The notes under the pieces were generated by a model, which was given only the letters and a program-made list of their open reading frames with translations, was not told the origin of the DNA and did no database searches. This document shows positions 38,145-51,639 of a stretch of DNA of 54,169 nucleotides, piece after piece. The translations under genes were made by a program, and so were the position numbers. Numbering within the stretch: position 1 is the first letter of the stretch; every line of letters starts with the position of its first letter. The stretch is from Paraspadella gotoi. Its lineage: Eukaryota > Animalia > Chaetognatha. The DNA lies in contig CM119271.1 of NCBI GenBank assembly GCA_051294375.1, positions 8,655,409 to 8,709,577 of the forward strand. The letters run 5' to 3'.

Positions 38145-38611
38145 GATTCAAGTAAATGTGACTTATGTTTTCCATCTAAACTCATTTCCCCTGGCACAAT
38201 TCCGTCCAAATTACTTATAATTTATTATATATTAATAAATATTTAAAAGCTCAGTGCAACAACCCAATGAACTAATTCAAAAAGTTATATTGAAATCGAT
38301 TTAGTAAGTAAAAGAAAAAAAAAATTTAAAGAAACTAGAAGTTATAAAAAGTGTTCAATTTGGCCCGCCTTACTAGATATTAGGCCTTAGTAGATATATG
38401 CAATGTGATTAACAATGTTATCGGAATAATAATTTTAATTTTATGTATTTGTAAGTATTTTTATTTCATGTGAGTTAAATAACAACTTTTTTATTCGCTA
38501 ATTTTTATCTCGGACTCTCTCTCTTCTATCTTTCTCTCTCTCTCTCTCTCTCCTCTCTTTCTCTCTTTGAAATTGCGACGATTCCTTATGCTCATTTTAC
38601 TCGCTCTCTCT

Positions 38612-38670
<59 letters not shown>

Positions 38671-39818
38671 AATTGCGACGATCCTTATGCTTTTAGGATT
38701 TTTTTAACTTGTATCATTTTTCTGCTTCAAGTAAATGTGACTTTTTTTTTTTTATTTAACTCATTTCACTGGCACAATTCCCGTCAAAAACTTTATATCT
38801 AGCTTTTTCACACACTTCTCCCTCAAAATTTCATCTCAATCTATTATGGGTTAAAAATAAGTAAAAGATTCAAGTAAAATGTGACTCATTATTTTTCTTT
38901 AAACTCATTTCCACTCGTACCGTTTCCACCGAAACTTTATATCAAGCATCGATACACATTTTTCTACCCACACAAAAAATTTGAACTCAATCTATCCATC
39001 CAATTATGATTAATTTAGAGTACTTATTGGTTAAAATAAGTAAAAAGATTTTAGTAAATGCGACTTATGTTTTCCACTTAAACTCATTTCCACTCACACG
39101 ATTCTCGTCGAACTTATATCAGCTTTATCACACACTTTCCTACCCAACACACAAATTTCATTTCAATCCACCAGCCAATCACGAGTTTATTGGAGCTTTT
39201 TGCTAAGGTGGGAGGGATGGACGGATTGATTGACTGATTAATTAATTATTGATTAATTAATTGACTAATTGATAATTAACTGATTAATTGTTTGACTTAT
39301 TAATACATCTGCATATACATTAAATATAAAGGAAAAAGAAGCATAATCAATTAGTATAAAACAGGTTTTTTGTTTTTTCCATTTAAACTCATTTCCACTC
39401 AAAAGTTCCATCGAAACTTGGTTTCCTGTTCAATCACCACACTTTCTACTCACGATACAAAATTCCAGGTCAAATCGATAATTAAGTCGGTAATAACATA
39501 TCTTGGTCAACTTGCATAAGTTATAATCAAACTTGCATAATTTGGTCAAGCTGACATAATTTGGTTAACTGACATAATTGGTTACTGACATTTTTAATTT
39601 GGTTCAACTGACATAATTTGGTCAACTGACATAATTTGATCAATTTTAGAGATCATTTGGTCAACCGGCATAATATTGGTTAACTGGCATAATTTTATCA
39701 ACTAGCCTAATTTGGTCAACAGGCATAATTTGGTCAACTTGCAACAACTTGATTTAACTTGCAGAATTTGGTCAACTAGGCATAATTTGGTCAATTAGCA
39801 TAAGTTGGTCACGAATCG

Positions 39819-39851
<33 letters not shown>

Positions 39852-40385
39852 TCAGAGAGAGAGAGAGAGAAACTTTAAAAAATTCAAATAAATGTGTCTT
39901 TTGGTTTTTCTAATTTGACTCTTTTCCACTCCTACGATTCCATCAAAAAATTTTTATCCAGCTTTATCACATACTTTCCTACCCCACACACAAAATTCAA
40001 TTTCGATTTATCTATATCCAATTTTTTAATAAACAAAATAATTATGAGTAAAATTTAAGTAAAAATACTTCAAGTAAATATGACTTTTTGTTTTTTCCAT
40101 TTTAACTCATTTCCACTCGCACGATTCCATCGAAACTTTATATCCGGCTCAATCTACACCACTTTCCTACCATCATACAAATTTCAAGTTCAATTGCACT
40201 ATCCCACCATGAGCAATTGGCGTTCAAATAGTGAAATATATTTTTTTGTTTTTTCCATTTAAACAATTTCCACTCGCCACGATTCCCTCGAAACTTCATT
40301 ATCATCTCAATCACACAGTTTCCTACCCACACACAAAATTTCATACCAATCCATCCATCCAATCACGAGAATGTGAGTTTTTGCT
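38145..40385. repeat. ~160-180-bp degenerate tandem units inside the HINE-like element (about 8 copies)
   Basis: ttcaagtaaatgtgact...tttccatttaaactcatttccactc variants at ~38145, 38726, 38866, 39045, 39365, 39880, 40070, 40230. Confidence 0.8.
39495..39812. repeat. ~18-19-bp minisatellite CATAATTTGGTCAACTGA nested in the HINE-like element
   Basis: About 15 degenerate tandem units, followed by (AATC)n at ~39818-39850. Confidence 0.85.
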
Positions 40386-41966
40386 AGGGGGACGGGACGA
40401 CGGGGGACGAGACGCACGGTGGGGAGGACGGACGGACGGACACGGACCGGCTACGGACTGGACGGACAGACAGCACGACGGCTAGGACATCATTTTTTTT
40501 GCATAATTTATCATAATCGATTGTTCTGACATGTGACTGCCCATACAACACCGTACATTGAAATGTCCACGACAATATTGAGGGGCGGGACGACGGACCG
40601 AAAAAGTGAGTTATAGAGTCGGGATCTTGCTGATAAGCAGATCCGACTAAAAACTACACTGCATAAAGATGTAACATAAAGCACTAAACATCAAAACTTA
40701 TAACATTACTAAAATGTTAAAAACTACTTCAAAAAATACTGTCACAGCAAAGGTCAGTTACAAATTCAAAAGAAATGTTTACAAACCTTAAACGCTTAAA
40801 ACGGCAAATGATTGAAATATTCAAAAAGGTTAGAAACATTAAAAACCAAAACGTCGTGTATAAAAGTGAATAAAAGCCAACGAAATGCTGAACTGTAATA
40901 CGTGAAACAAAACAACTAATCGTTTTAAAAAGTAAAAACTAAAACAAACGTTATTAAAACGTTAACAATGTATATAATGCGTAAATAGTGTATAACAAAA
41001 ATGCATAAATATAAGGTGTTTAGCACGCAAATCAACAAAAAGAAGAGCTAATAAAAACAAAAAGGGACGCAAACAAACACACAAAAAACTACATCGCGTA
41101 AATGAAACCAAAAAATAAAATTCTCTACATTACCAACAAATAGAAATTCTCTGGGAGTCAAATCCATTTTAGACAGAAGAACTTTTGAATCAACTTTAAT
41201 GATAAGATTGTGTCGAATCACGTGTCCTTTTCCTCAGACGAAACAAAATGAGCCCCTCTGCGTATGCCTCAAATAGAAATCTAAGTATGGTCCAACCTAA
41301 ACCATATCGATTTGTGTTCTTTAAGATGATAAAGGTTTTATGCCTTGATTAATTCGTTAACGTTTACAGACATAAAAGATGATTACTGCAATATGCAAAT
41401 GAGATTAAAAGTTTGTCCAAAATAGTGGGAAAATGAAGAGAGAATGAGATTGACGGAAAGAGACAGAGAGACGAGAAGGATGAAAGTTTATTTAACACAT
41501 CAAATTCAGAATAGAAAAGGAAATGTAAAAAAAAATGTAAAAATGTAAAAGGAAAAAAACAAACAAATATATACGACTAGAAAACCTTTTGTTGCAAGGA
41601 CATAGTAGAAAATTTCAAAAATTACTAAAATTTAAATAAAATTGTTTTCGATCGAATTTGCTTATCTTAATTTTGTTCTTAAATTGTGTTTCCTCTATTA
41701 TTTTGTTCTCTTTCTTTCTTTTTTCTAATTTTTTTTTAAACTCTTTTCTTTTTCATCACATTCACCTTCCCGACACGTTCTCCTTTCCTGTTCTCCTTTT
41801 TCCCCTCATCCACGTTCTTCCCCGTCGTTCTTCCCCGTGGGTCGAATCCGTGAAGGCTCCACCGCAGTCGGACGGTGATTGGCTCATCAATCAAACTCAG
41901 GCGTCCGACGGGAAACGAAGAGAGAGGATTGACAGAGATATGAACCCAAACACATACGAAAGACAG

Positions 41967-42023
<57 letters not shown>

Positions 42024-42855
42024 CCTTCCCCAGCAGACCATTATCTAGTACACTCTTGACTTCAAAAAAATCATTACACAATTCTACAAGGACAATTTTG
42101 TTCACTGCATCAAAGTTGTCTTCTCGAGTGACTCTTTTTCGAGTTGTGCTAAACCTTTTAATGTTCTTCAGTCGTGCGGACCTAGAATTTAATCCACATC
42201 TACGCCAACATGTTTGTTCGATGAGTTTTACGGTATCGGTTAATCCCGCGGCTTCAAAAATATACTTAAAATACTGAATTGTGTGTGAGCGACTATTTTC
42301 ATTCCGTGAAAATTATTTTTAAAACTGAAAAGTCAATCATTCGAATTGCGTAATTCGTTCACAAACGGCCTCTCCACAGTGACAATAGAAAAAAGTTTTC
42401 TCATTTTTCAACTGTGCGTTCCAACGCGAACTCACATATAGTTCGTTGCCCACATCTCGCGCTTATCACTACTCGCGCATCTTCTTCCTCTTCCCCCTTT
42501 CAACTCTACCACTTCTAATCTTCTACATCAACCCCTTTGCCCACTCCATCGGCCACACCATAAAAAAAGCTAACTTTCATTCATTCCACCACCCTAACAT
42601 CAACTCTACTTTTTTTCACGGTCGACTCCAACACCCGCTAAACCCCCTATGCTACCTCCACCTACTACACCACCCTTCCAACCTACTCCACCACCCTTCC
42701 AACCCACTCCACCGCCACCACTCCATCCGACTCCACCGTCCCGACCTCGAAAAAAGGGTCGACGATCAATTTTGTCTCCTTTCATTTTTCTCCATCGATT
42801 CGTCTTTCGGTTTTTGACGTTTTTCACTTCACTTCATCATCGTCGTCGTCGTCGT

Positions 42856-42889
<34 letters not shown>

Positions 42890-43814
42890 TCGTCGTTCGT
42901 CGTTCGTCGTCATTTCTCATCATCGCTTTTATGTCAGAACTTCGAGCCACTCACGAAAAAAAAATGAAGAAAAAAAAAACCACCCAAATTTTTTTGTTGT
43001 ATCTAAGAAAAAAAGGATCTTTAGGTTGTAGTTGTTGTTTTTATTATAGTTTTTGTCGTAGATGGCGCTTTACGTTTCGTCGTTTATATATTCTAGATTT
43101 TTTTTGGAGAGTGAAAATCTGAAAAACGTCGGCCGTCAAAATGCGTAATTTTATTTCTTGTCTTTTTATACTTTTTGTCTGTCTCAGTCCGTTTATCCGT
43201 CTGTCTATCGTACCCAAAAGAGAGGAGATTGTCTGGTCCGCGCCCCCGTCGTCCGTCATCGTTCCGTTGTACGTGTCGTCGTCGTTGTTGTCTGTGTCGA
43301 TGATGACGTTGCGTTCGTTGTCGTCGTAAGTTGTCGTGCGACCGTACCATAAGAAAGTGCGCCAGAGTAAAAACGATGCAAAAGAAGAAAAATTCAAAAC
43401 TTTTGTCTGCCGTTTGCCATGTAGTGTTTAAATCCAATATGTCAAATCGGTAAATACGTTAAATATAAGTTGAAAAATATTGTATATAATCAACGCATAT
43501 AAACTTTTTTTTTTTAAATTTCGTCAAAAATAATTGAAACAATATTTTTATTATAGTAATACCGATACTTTTTCGTTTGAAGCCACTTTTAATTTTATCA
43601 AATCAGCGATATAATTTTTCTTCCTCCATCCTTTCACGTGTTTTGATTTTTTATACATTTTTTATCTCGAATAACTCGGACCTTATTCATCTTATTAACC
43701 CACCTTTGACCGAACCTCTTACGAACCCCCTTTCTTTCGACCCCTCGATCCCCACGCCCTTCCTCCTCCCACCCCTGTTCCGCTCCTCCGTGCACGTCCA
43801 ACCTTCCGCTCACC

Positions 43815-43897
43815 TCGACGATATATTCCGGCAGCTTTGAGGACAGAAGCGACGACGTACCCGCGGAACGGGTATATATCATGCGGCGAACGACATC
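43815..43897 (-). CDS. Candidate internal exon of an unidentified minus-strand gene (also at ~24337-24418 minus and 36365-36444 plus)
   Basis: Bounded by polypyrimidine + CCCAG| and |GTGAGC; consensus of three noisy copies reads roughly MSLPHDIYPFRGYVVASVLKLPEYIVE; frame uncertain because of indels. Confidence 0.35.
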
Positions 43898-43963
43898 TGG
43901 GGGAGGGAGGGAGGAGGAATGGAGATGGAGAGATGTGGAGAGAGAGAGAGAGAGAGAGAGGGA

Positions 43964-44033
<70 letters not shown>

Positions 44034-44604
44034 GGTGGTCGAGATAAAAATGCCGAACGAAATGAGTTTAATTTATTTATGAAATCGGAAAAAGCGAATG
44101 GAATCGAATCGGCTAATTGTACAATTTGTTTTCATTTTCTACAGGGAAGAGAAAAGAGAGAGAGAAAACTTTAGTGTAAAAAAAAAAAAAAAACAATGCT
44201 GCATCTTTAACTAAATAAGGTAAAAGTTATGCCGACCGATGTTCGATCAGAGGAGAAAAACAATTGGCATTTTAAATTTCTAAACGTTCCTTTGACGAGT
44301 TCATTTCCTTTTTCAAAATAATACCGGGATCTCCGCCATGAATGGAATCCTAATTAGGTAAGTTAAGGTAATAAAGAGAGTAGAGGTTCGCAAGAGAGTG
44401 ACGAATTGAGAGAGACAAAGTAATGAGAGACACAGATGAGGAGAGAAAGAAGGAAGTTGCGCCATCTTAAAAAAAAAGGGAAAGATTTAAAGTGAAAAAG
44501 GAGAGAAAAAAGCCCAAAAAAATTTATGGAGTATTTAGAAGGGACTAATTAAAGTGATTCTTCACAATATAATTTTGGAGGAAGAACAACCGAGAGAGTG
44601 AGAT

Positions 44605-44635
<31 letters not shown>

Positions 44636-44636
44636 G

Positions 44637-44684
<48 letters not shown>

Positions 44685-45762
44685 AGAGAGAGAAGAGAGA
44701 AGAGAGAGAAGGCGTGTGGTGAAGGAGAGACCACATTTTTTGGCGGTGATGTATTTGTTGTCGTCGGCGACGTCGGCGGCTTTAGTGTCGTCGCCACGAC
44801 GACGACGGACCATGCGACGACGAGCGACGACGAGCGACGACGAACGGACGACGCGACAGGCGACGCGACGACACGACGACGACAACGACGAAGGCCGGAA
44901 CTGACAAATTCGTCATCGTTAACCGCCACTACGAAGAGGAAGGAGCGAAAAAAAGAGGACGAACGACAACGACGACGACGACGACCGACGACAAACGACG
45001 ACGACGACGACATTATGAGGAAAGGCTGTGCGCTCTTACTACATAAGATGAATCTTTGTTTTTAAGGTTAATTTTCAAAATGTTTAACATGCAATGCCCG
45101 ACTCTATACATATACATAATACATATTTCCCGTAGTCATTTATTAACTTTTGCACCTCACTTTGCTGGCCGAGAACCTTTTCACGACCACCTGATCTTCC
45201 TCCCACCACCATCTATATAAACCCTGAATCATCCCACCCTCCCCCACCCACCCCGATTCACCACCATCCCCACCATTTCCCCCCCCATCTCATTTTCACC
45301 CAGTTTCCCCTGACAACGCGAAAGAAATAAAAGTTGCGGGGAAGAATCGCCTTAAACGTCCCGTTGATGGTGTTTCCATTACATTAACGTTGTGAAAATG
45401 GGAGACAGAGAGAAGAGAGAAGTAGAGAGAGAGAGAAGAGAGAGAGACGGAGAGAGAGTGAGAGAGGAGAGAGAATAAAGATAGAAAAGATTAAATATAT
45501 CTTTTCATTTGAAATTCCCCATACTTAATTTAACTTATTGCTAAGACGATAAATATCTCTTTTTTTTCATTTAACTACTTTTTACAGACACTTTTGTTTA
45601 TGACGATCATTCACTTCACTAGATTGACTTACTTCGTCTCTCCACGTCGCTCATTCGCTTAAACTACCTTTATCCATTGCACGAGTCGCGCGATCTCACT
45701 ACTCACCCGTTTTTCTCGTTTATTTCCTTAATGTCTCTTTCTCTCTCTCTCTGCTCTCTCTC

Positions 45763-45811
<49 letters not shown>

Positions 45812-46108
45812 AGTTCGTTTGCTTCGACATTGACGAGTTGCAACGTGTTTTTCACACGCGCTTAATTCTTCTTAATCACGAAATGTCCTCGTTATTCTGC
45901 TTCCACCTTCACAGCCGGCAGCCCGCCGCCGCCGCAGCCCGACGCCGCCTGCCGCCGAGCGACGGCCATTACTTTCTTTTCCTCACCTTCCTCCCTCACC
46001 CATCCTCGTTTTTTCTCTTTTTTTTCTGTTTCTTTCTTTCTCTCCCTTTTTCTCCCCTTCATTTATTACTCCACGCCGACTTTCCATTTTCTTTCTCAAA
46101 CGCCTCTC

Positions 46109-46196
<88 letters not shown>

Positions 46197-48733
46197 TAAT
46201 TTTTTTGAGCGGTTTTTTAACGATTATCGTGATGCATTCACACGATAGATTCTACCGTTTGAAAATTTAACGCTATTTTCTTAGATCTTTAGTTTATGAA
46301 AATTGCGAAAATTACTTGGCCAACTAACTATAAAATGGTCATTTATCTGAAAATTAAGCTTAATAGCTATAACTTAATAGCTTTATTTAATATTTCGTAT
46401 TTTAGAATATAGTTCATCTTTCTTAACTCAGATTGTAACCGGCGCATCCTCATTTCTTTTCATCTGACAACTTCTCAGCCTCATAATATTTTCCTTTCAT
46501 TATTTTTCTATTTTCTTTTCTTTCCTTCTGCTCATCTTCTCGTTTTCTTTCTCTTTTCCTCTTTTTTTCCTTCGCACCTTCTTTATTAGTCTCAAAGTCC
46601 CATCGCCTCTCACCTGACTTCTTTCTATTGTCTTTCTTTTTTCCCCGCCTCCTTTTTCTCCCTTTCTTTTCCTTTCCTTCCTTTTTCTCTCTCTCACTCT
46701 TCCTCCCATTTTTCTCCTCCTCTCCCTCCTCCTCCTCCCCATATTGGCCTCGCAGTACCCCTGCCTGTCCCTCTCGTGAGATCCGGGAATCCATTTGTAT
46801 TATTCCTTCGCATTCTCTCGAACAAATGATGCGGCCATTAGAAGCAGCTGCTACGCGGCGCGGCGCGGGCGTCGAGGGCGCGGGCGAGTGCTCTGTGCTG
46901 CGGCGGAGACGCAAGCGCCGGGGCGGCCCTTTGACGGCGCCGATCGACGACGAAGAATACGACAACAACGAAAAACATCTGCACAATTACGCCGATATGT
47001 GTAACGACATTTTAGCGATACGTTGCCAAAGTTTTATTTTTTTTTTAGGGATTAGTGTATATTGATTGACAGTGATTTCAAGAATCCGTCTACTCAAGAA
47101 CAGTAACAAGGGAGAAGCTGACGTTATTTCGCCAAAATACTAAGAAATATCAACTCTTATGAAATGTAGTACAACTAATATGAAAAATTCTCCATTCATT
47201 GTGATAAAGTAAGCTATCTTGGCCCCTGACTTTCACTTTCGAAAGTTTGTTTGATTAATGACAAAAGCGAAATTAACATATTTGAATACAAAAAAATGTG
47301 ACGGAATCAATAACAGCGTAAAAGACTGGAGACACAGTAAAGAATGATAAAGAACTGACACCTTGATAAAAATGTAACATAAAGGCACTACACAAATAAA
47401 CTTAAATATACATTACTGAAAATGTTAAAAACACTTCAAAAAATACTGTTCACAGGCAAAGTCAGTTACAATTCAAAAAAAATGTTTTAAGAACCTGTAA
47501 ACGCTAAAAACGGCAAATGATTGAAATATTCAAGAAAGGTTAGCAAAGCATTAAAAACGCAAATACGCGTGATAAAAGTGAATTAGAAACGCCAAACGAA
47601 AGTGCTGAACTGTAATGTACGTGAAACAAAACAACTAATTCGTGTTTAAAAAGTAAAAACTATAACAAACGTTATTAACAGTTTAACAGTGTATATAATT
47701 TGCGTTAAATAGTGGTATAACAAGAATGCATAAATATAAGGTGTTAGCAACGCCAATCAACAAAAAGAAGAGCTAAAAATAACAAAAAGGACGCAAACAA
47801 ACACACAAATAACACATCGCGCAAATGAAACCAAAGAAATTAAAATTCTCTCTAGCATTACAACAAAATAGTAATTCCCTCTGGGAGTCAAATCCTTTTT
47901 AGACAGAGAACTTTTGAATCAACTTGAAATGATAAGATTGTGACGAATCACGGTGCGCCTTGTCCTCAGACGAAAACAAAAGATAGCCCCTCTGCGTTAT
48001 GCCCACAATAGAAATCTAAGTATGGTCCAACCTTAAACGGCATATCGATTTTGTGTATTTTATAGCATGATAAAGGTTTTATGCCGTGATTAAATCGTTA
48101 AAACGTTTACAGACATAAAAGTATGATTACTGCGCAATATTGCAAAATGGAGATTAAAAGAATTTCCAAAATAGGTGGGGGAAAATGAAGTGAGGAATGG
48201 AGATTGACTGAAAGAGACCAAGAGAGCACGAAGAAGGATGAAAGTTTATTTAACACATCAAATCAGAATAGAACACGAAAGTAAAAATGTAAAAGGAAAA
48301 AACAAACAAATATATACGACTAGAAAACCTTTTGTTGCAAGGACATAGTAGATTTTCAAAAATTACTAAATTTAAATAAAATTGTTTTCGATCGAATTTG
48401 CTTATCTTAATTTTGTTCTTAAATTGGTGTTTCCCTCTATTATTTGTTCTCTTTCTTTCTTTTTTCTGAATTTTTTTTTATAAACTCTTTTCTTTTCATC
48501 ACATTCACCTTCCCGACACGTTCTCCTTTCCTGTTCTCCTTTTCCCCTCATCCACGTTCTTCCCCGTCGTTCTTCCCGTGGGTCGAATCCGTGAAGGCTC
48601 CACCGCAGTCGGACGGTGATTTGGCTCATCAATCAAACTCAGGCGTCGCGACGGGAAACGAAGAGAGAGAGATGACAGAGATATGAACCCAAACACATAC
48701 GAAAGACAGATTCTCTCTCTCTCTTCTCTCTCT

Positions 48734-48800
<67 letters not shown>

Positions 48801-49063
48801 GAGGAATCAACTCTATTTGACGATGCTATTAATCATATTAATTCTAATACTATTCAGACAAACATTTCATCCTATCGAAACACTGTTGGGATGGGATTAT
48901 TGTACAAAGGGAAAATACATGCATAAATTGTAAATTGGAAAGATTTCATGATGAATGCCTAAATTCATAGACTTAAATGTAATTAAAGTAGCTTTTTATG
49001 GCCTATTGTTTTATTTTTGTGCCTAAAGCCCCATTGAATAAATTCAAATTCAAAAAATTCAAT
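48801..49063 (+). mobile_element. 263-bp 5'-truncated retroposon insertion (LINE 3' end) with TSD
   Basis: Ends AATAAATTCAAATTCAAAAAATTCAAT; TCTCTTCC duplicated at 48793-48800 and 49064-49071; empty site tctctcttccaccttcccc at ~42013-42031. Confidence 0.75.
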
Positions 49064-50761
49064 TCTCTTCCACCTTCCCCAGCAGACCATTATCTAGTAC
49101 AATGGATGTCCGATACTCTCTCTGGCTGTAGGCAACTCGGTACGACTCTCCTGCGCACCGAGCGTCGCCAAAACGACGGCTGCAGGAGGAGAGAGAGGAG
49201 TCGCTGTGTCTCCTGTATCAAAAAAAGGCAAGAACAGGCAACCGCCTGCCTCACCGTCAGGTGAGAGGAGGGCCGTGCGGCGAGGCTATCAGGCAAAAGA
49301 GATATAGCGAGTGGCACTTGGCATTTTTCCCAGTGGAACCTTACCAGACCCCAGAATGGTCACGCTCTACAAATATATCCTCTCAAACCTATGACAGGCC
49401 AATGACCCGATCTTATCGTCAACGTCCTCCATTTGCCCGGCCGGGGGGGGGCCAGCTCATTTTGAGCTCTTTCTTTTACTTACTTTCATCTAAACTCTTT
49501 ACTTACCTATCCCTAACCACTTATTCTTCCATTTCAATTTCACTTCATTTTACTAATTTATTTTCATTGTTGTAATAGTAGTATTACTTAGTTAATCTTT
49601 AAGTTTACTTATTTATTCTTATTTTCTCTGTTGTACATTACTAAATGTATTAATTCATTTGTTGTCTCTCTCTCTCTCTCTCTCTCTTTCTTTCATTTTC
49701 ACAATCTTACTTCTACTTCCCCTGTCCTTTACCTTGAACTGTCCTCACATTGACCACTTTCTCACTCAATTCTTTGTTGGAATCTCCCTCTCTCTCTGTC
49801 TTCTCTCTCTCACCAAACTGCAACTTTCACCAGAGACAATTGTTGTTGGAAAATCACTTGCTGGATGAAGACTCTTAACTCTATAAGAGTCGAACATGTC
49901 CGACTTACTTGTCAATAAAATTCGTTGCCACATTAAAACTGTTTTTCCTAAAAACTCTTGACTTCAAAAAAATGATTACACAATTCTACAAGGACAATTT
50001 TGTTCACTGCATCAAAGTTGTCTTCTCGAGTGACTCTTTTTCGAGTTGTGCTAAATCTTTTAATGCTCTTCAGTCGTGCGGACCTAGAATTTAATCCACA
50101 TCTACGCCAACATGTTGTTCGATGAGTTTTACGGTATCGGTTAATCTCGCGGCTTCAAAAATATACTTAAAATACTGAATCGTGTGCGGGCGACGATTTT
50201 CATTCCGTGAAAATTATTTTTAAAAACTGAAAAGTCAATCATTCGAATTGCGTAATTCGTTCACAAACGGCCTCTCCACAGTGACAATAGAAAAAAGTTT
50301 TCTCATTTTTCAACTGTGGTCGTTCCAACGCGAACTCACATAATAGTTCGTTGCCCACATCTCGCGCTTATCACTACTCGCGCATCTTCTTCCTCTTCCC
50401 TTTCAACTCTACCACTTCTAATCTTCTACATCAACCCCTTTGCCCACTCCATCGGCCACACCATAAAAAAGCTAACTTTCATTCATTCCACCACCCTAAC
50501 ATCAACTCTACTTTTTTTCACGGTCGACTCCAACACCCGCTAAACCCCTATGCTACCTCCACCTACTACACCACCCTTCCAACCCACTCCACCACCCTTC
50601 CAACCCACTCCACCGCCACCACCGCATCCGACTCCACCGTCCGACCGACTCGAAAAAAGGGTCGACGATCAATTTTGTCTCCTTTCATTTTTCTCCATCG
50701 ATTCGTCTTTCGGTTTTTGACGTTTTTCACTTTCACTTCATCATCGTCCGTCGTCGTTCGT

Positions 50762-50792
<31 letters not shown>

Positions 50793-51532
50793 GTTCGTCG
50801 TTCGTCGTCGTCGTCATTTCTCATCATCGCTTTTATGTCAGAACTTCGAGCCACTCACGAAAAAAAAATGAAGAAAAAAAAAACCACCCAAATTTTTTGT
50901 GGTATCTAAGAAAAAAAGGATCTTTAGGTTGTAGTTGTTGTTTTTATTGGTAGTTTTTGTCGTTAGTGGGCGCGTTTACGNNNNNNNNNNNNNNNNNNNN
51001 NNNNNACGTTTCGTCGTTTATATATTCTAGATTTTTTTTGGAGAGGGAAAATCTAAATAACGTCGGCCGTCAAAATGCGTAATTTTATTCCTTGTCTTTT
51101 TATACTTTTCGTCTGTCTCAGTCCGTTTATCCGTCTGTCTATCGTATCCACAGGATGTGATTAAACAAATTATACCCTATCCCTCCCTTTTTTCTTCATT
51201 TCACCATCTTTTTCCGCATCAACCCATCGTCAAAGCAACTAGTTTTCTCTAACTTCCCTATTTCACAATCCACTCTCTCTCTCTCACACATTCCAAATTG
51301 TACCCCCTTTTTTGTCCCTCTCTCATTTTGACATCACCTCCCCACCGATTCACATCAACACATTCTCACTCTCTAACCCTCCCAACCTTCTAAACCCACC
51401 CTACCCCTCCAATATGTCTCACCCAATCCCCCGTCCCTTCTCACTCACCCTCCCCTTACCCGTCGAGTCGGGAGTTTCGAGCGGCAATTTCGGCGAAAAG
51501 GTTCTTCTCCTCTGACCCCGGCGCAGTTCTTC

Positions 51533-51603
51533 ATGGTTTGTTGTCATAAGTCCGGGGTGGGGCGGTGGCGGTGGCGGGGGTGGAAAGAGGGAAGCGAGGG
51601 GAA

Positions 51604-51639
<36 letters not shown>

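Larger units (their letters stand above)
37726..40653 (-). mobile_element. 2.9-kb non-autonomous Helentron-associated (HINE/DINE-1-like) element with internal tandem repeats
   Basis: 11-bp subterminal inverted repeats GTCGGATCTGC (37746-37756) / GCAGATCCGAC (40637-40647); adjacent partial IR at 40617-40630; (GGAC)n at ~40425-40470; small hairpin GTTTG-AG-CAAAC at the other end; A/T-run termini without TSD; absent from the duplicate locus at ~47345-47365. Confidence 0.8.
43225..51148 (+). repeat. Second copy of an ~8-kb unit (blocks A-B-C-D-E-F) whose first copy is spread over ~23765-43210
   Basis: 43225-45110 ~ 23765-26085; 45110-46195 ~ 29185-30335; 46198-47342 ~ 36578-37725; 47365-48800 ~ 40654-42022; 49068-49101 ~ 42019-42052; 49954-51148 ~ 42052-43213. 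Confidence 0.9.

Noticed and set aside
39495-39812. CRISPR-like or iteron array
   Set aside because: Degenerate contiguous minisatellite inside a transposon; no spacers.
42649-43122. Pro-rich ORF PPFQPTPPPFQPTPPP as a gene
   Set aside because: Arises from a 21-bp repeat plus (GTC)n; the duplicate at 50351-50953 has indels that change the frame and no splice signals were evident.
50035-50080. Minus-strand CTGAAGA...GAAA as a second hammerhead (also ~42135-42172)
   Set aside because: No pairable stem II or stem I around the core words.
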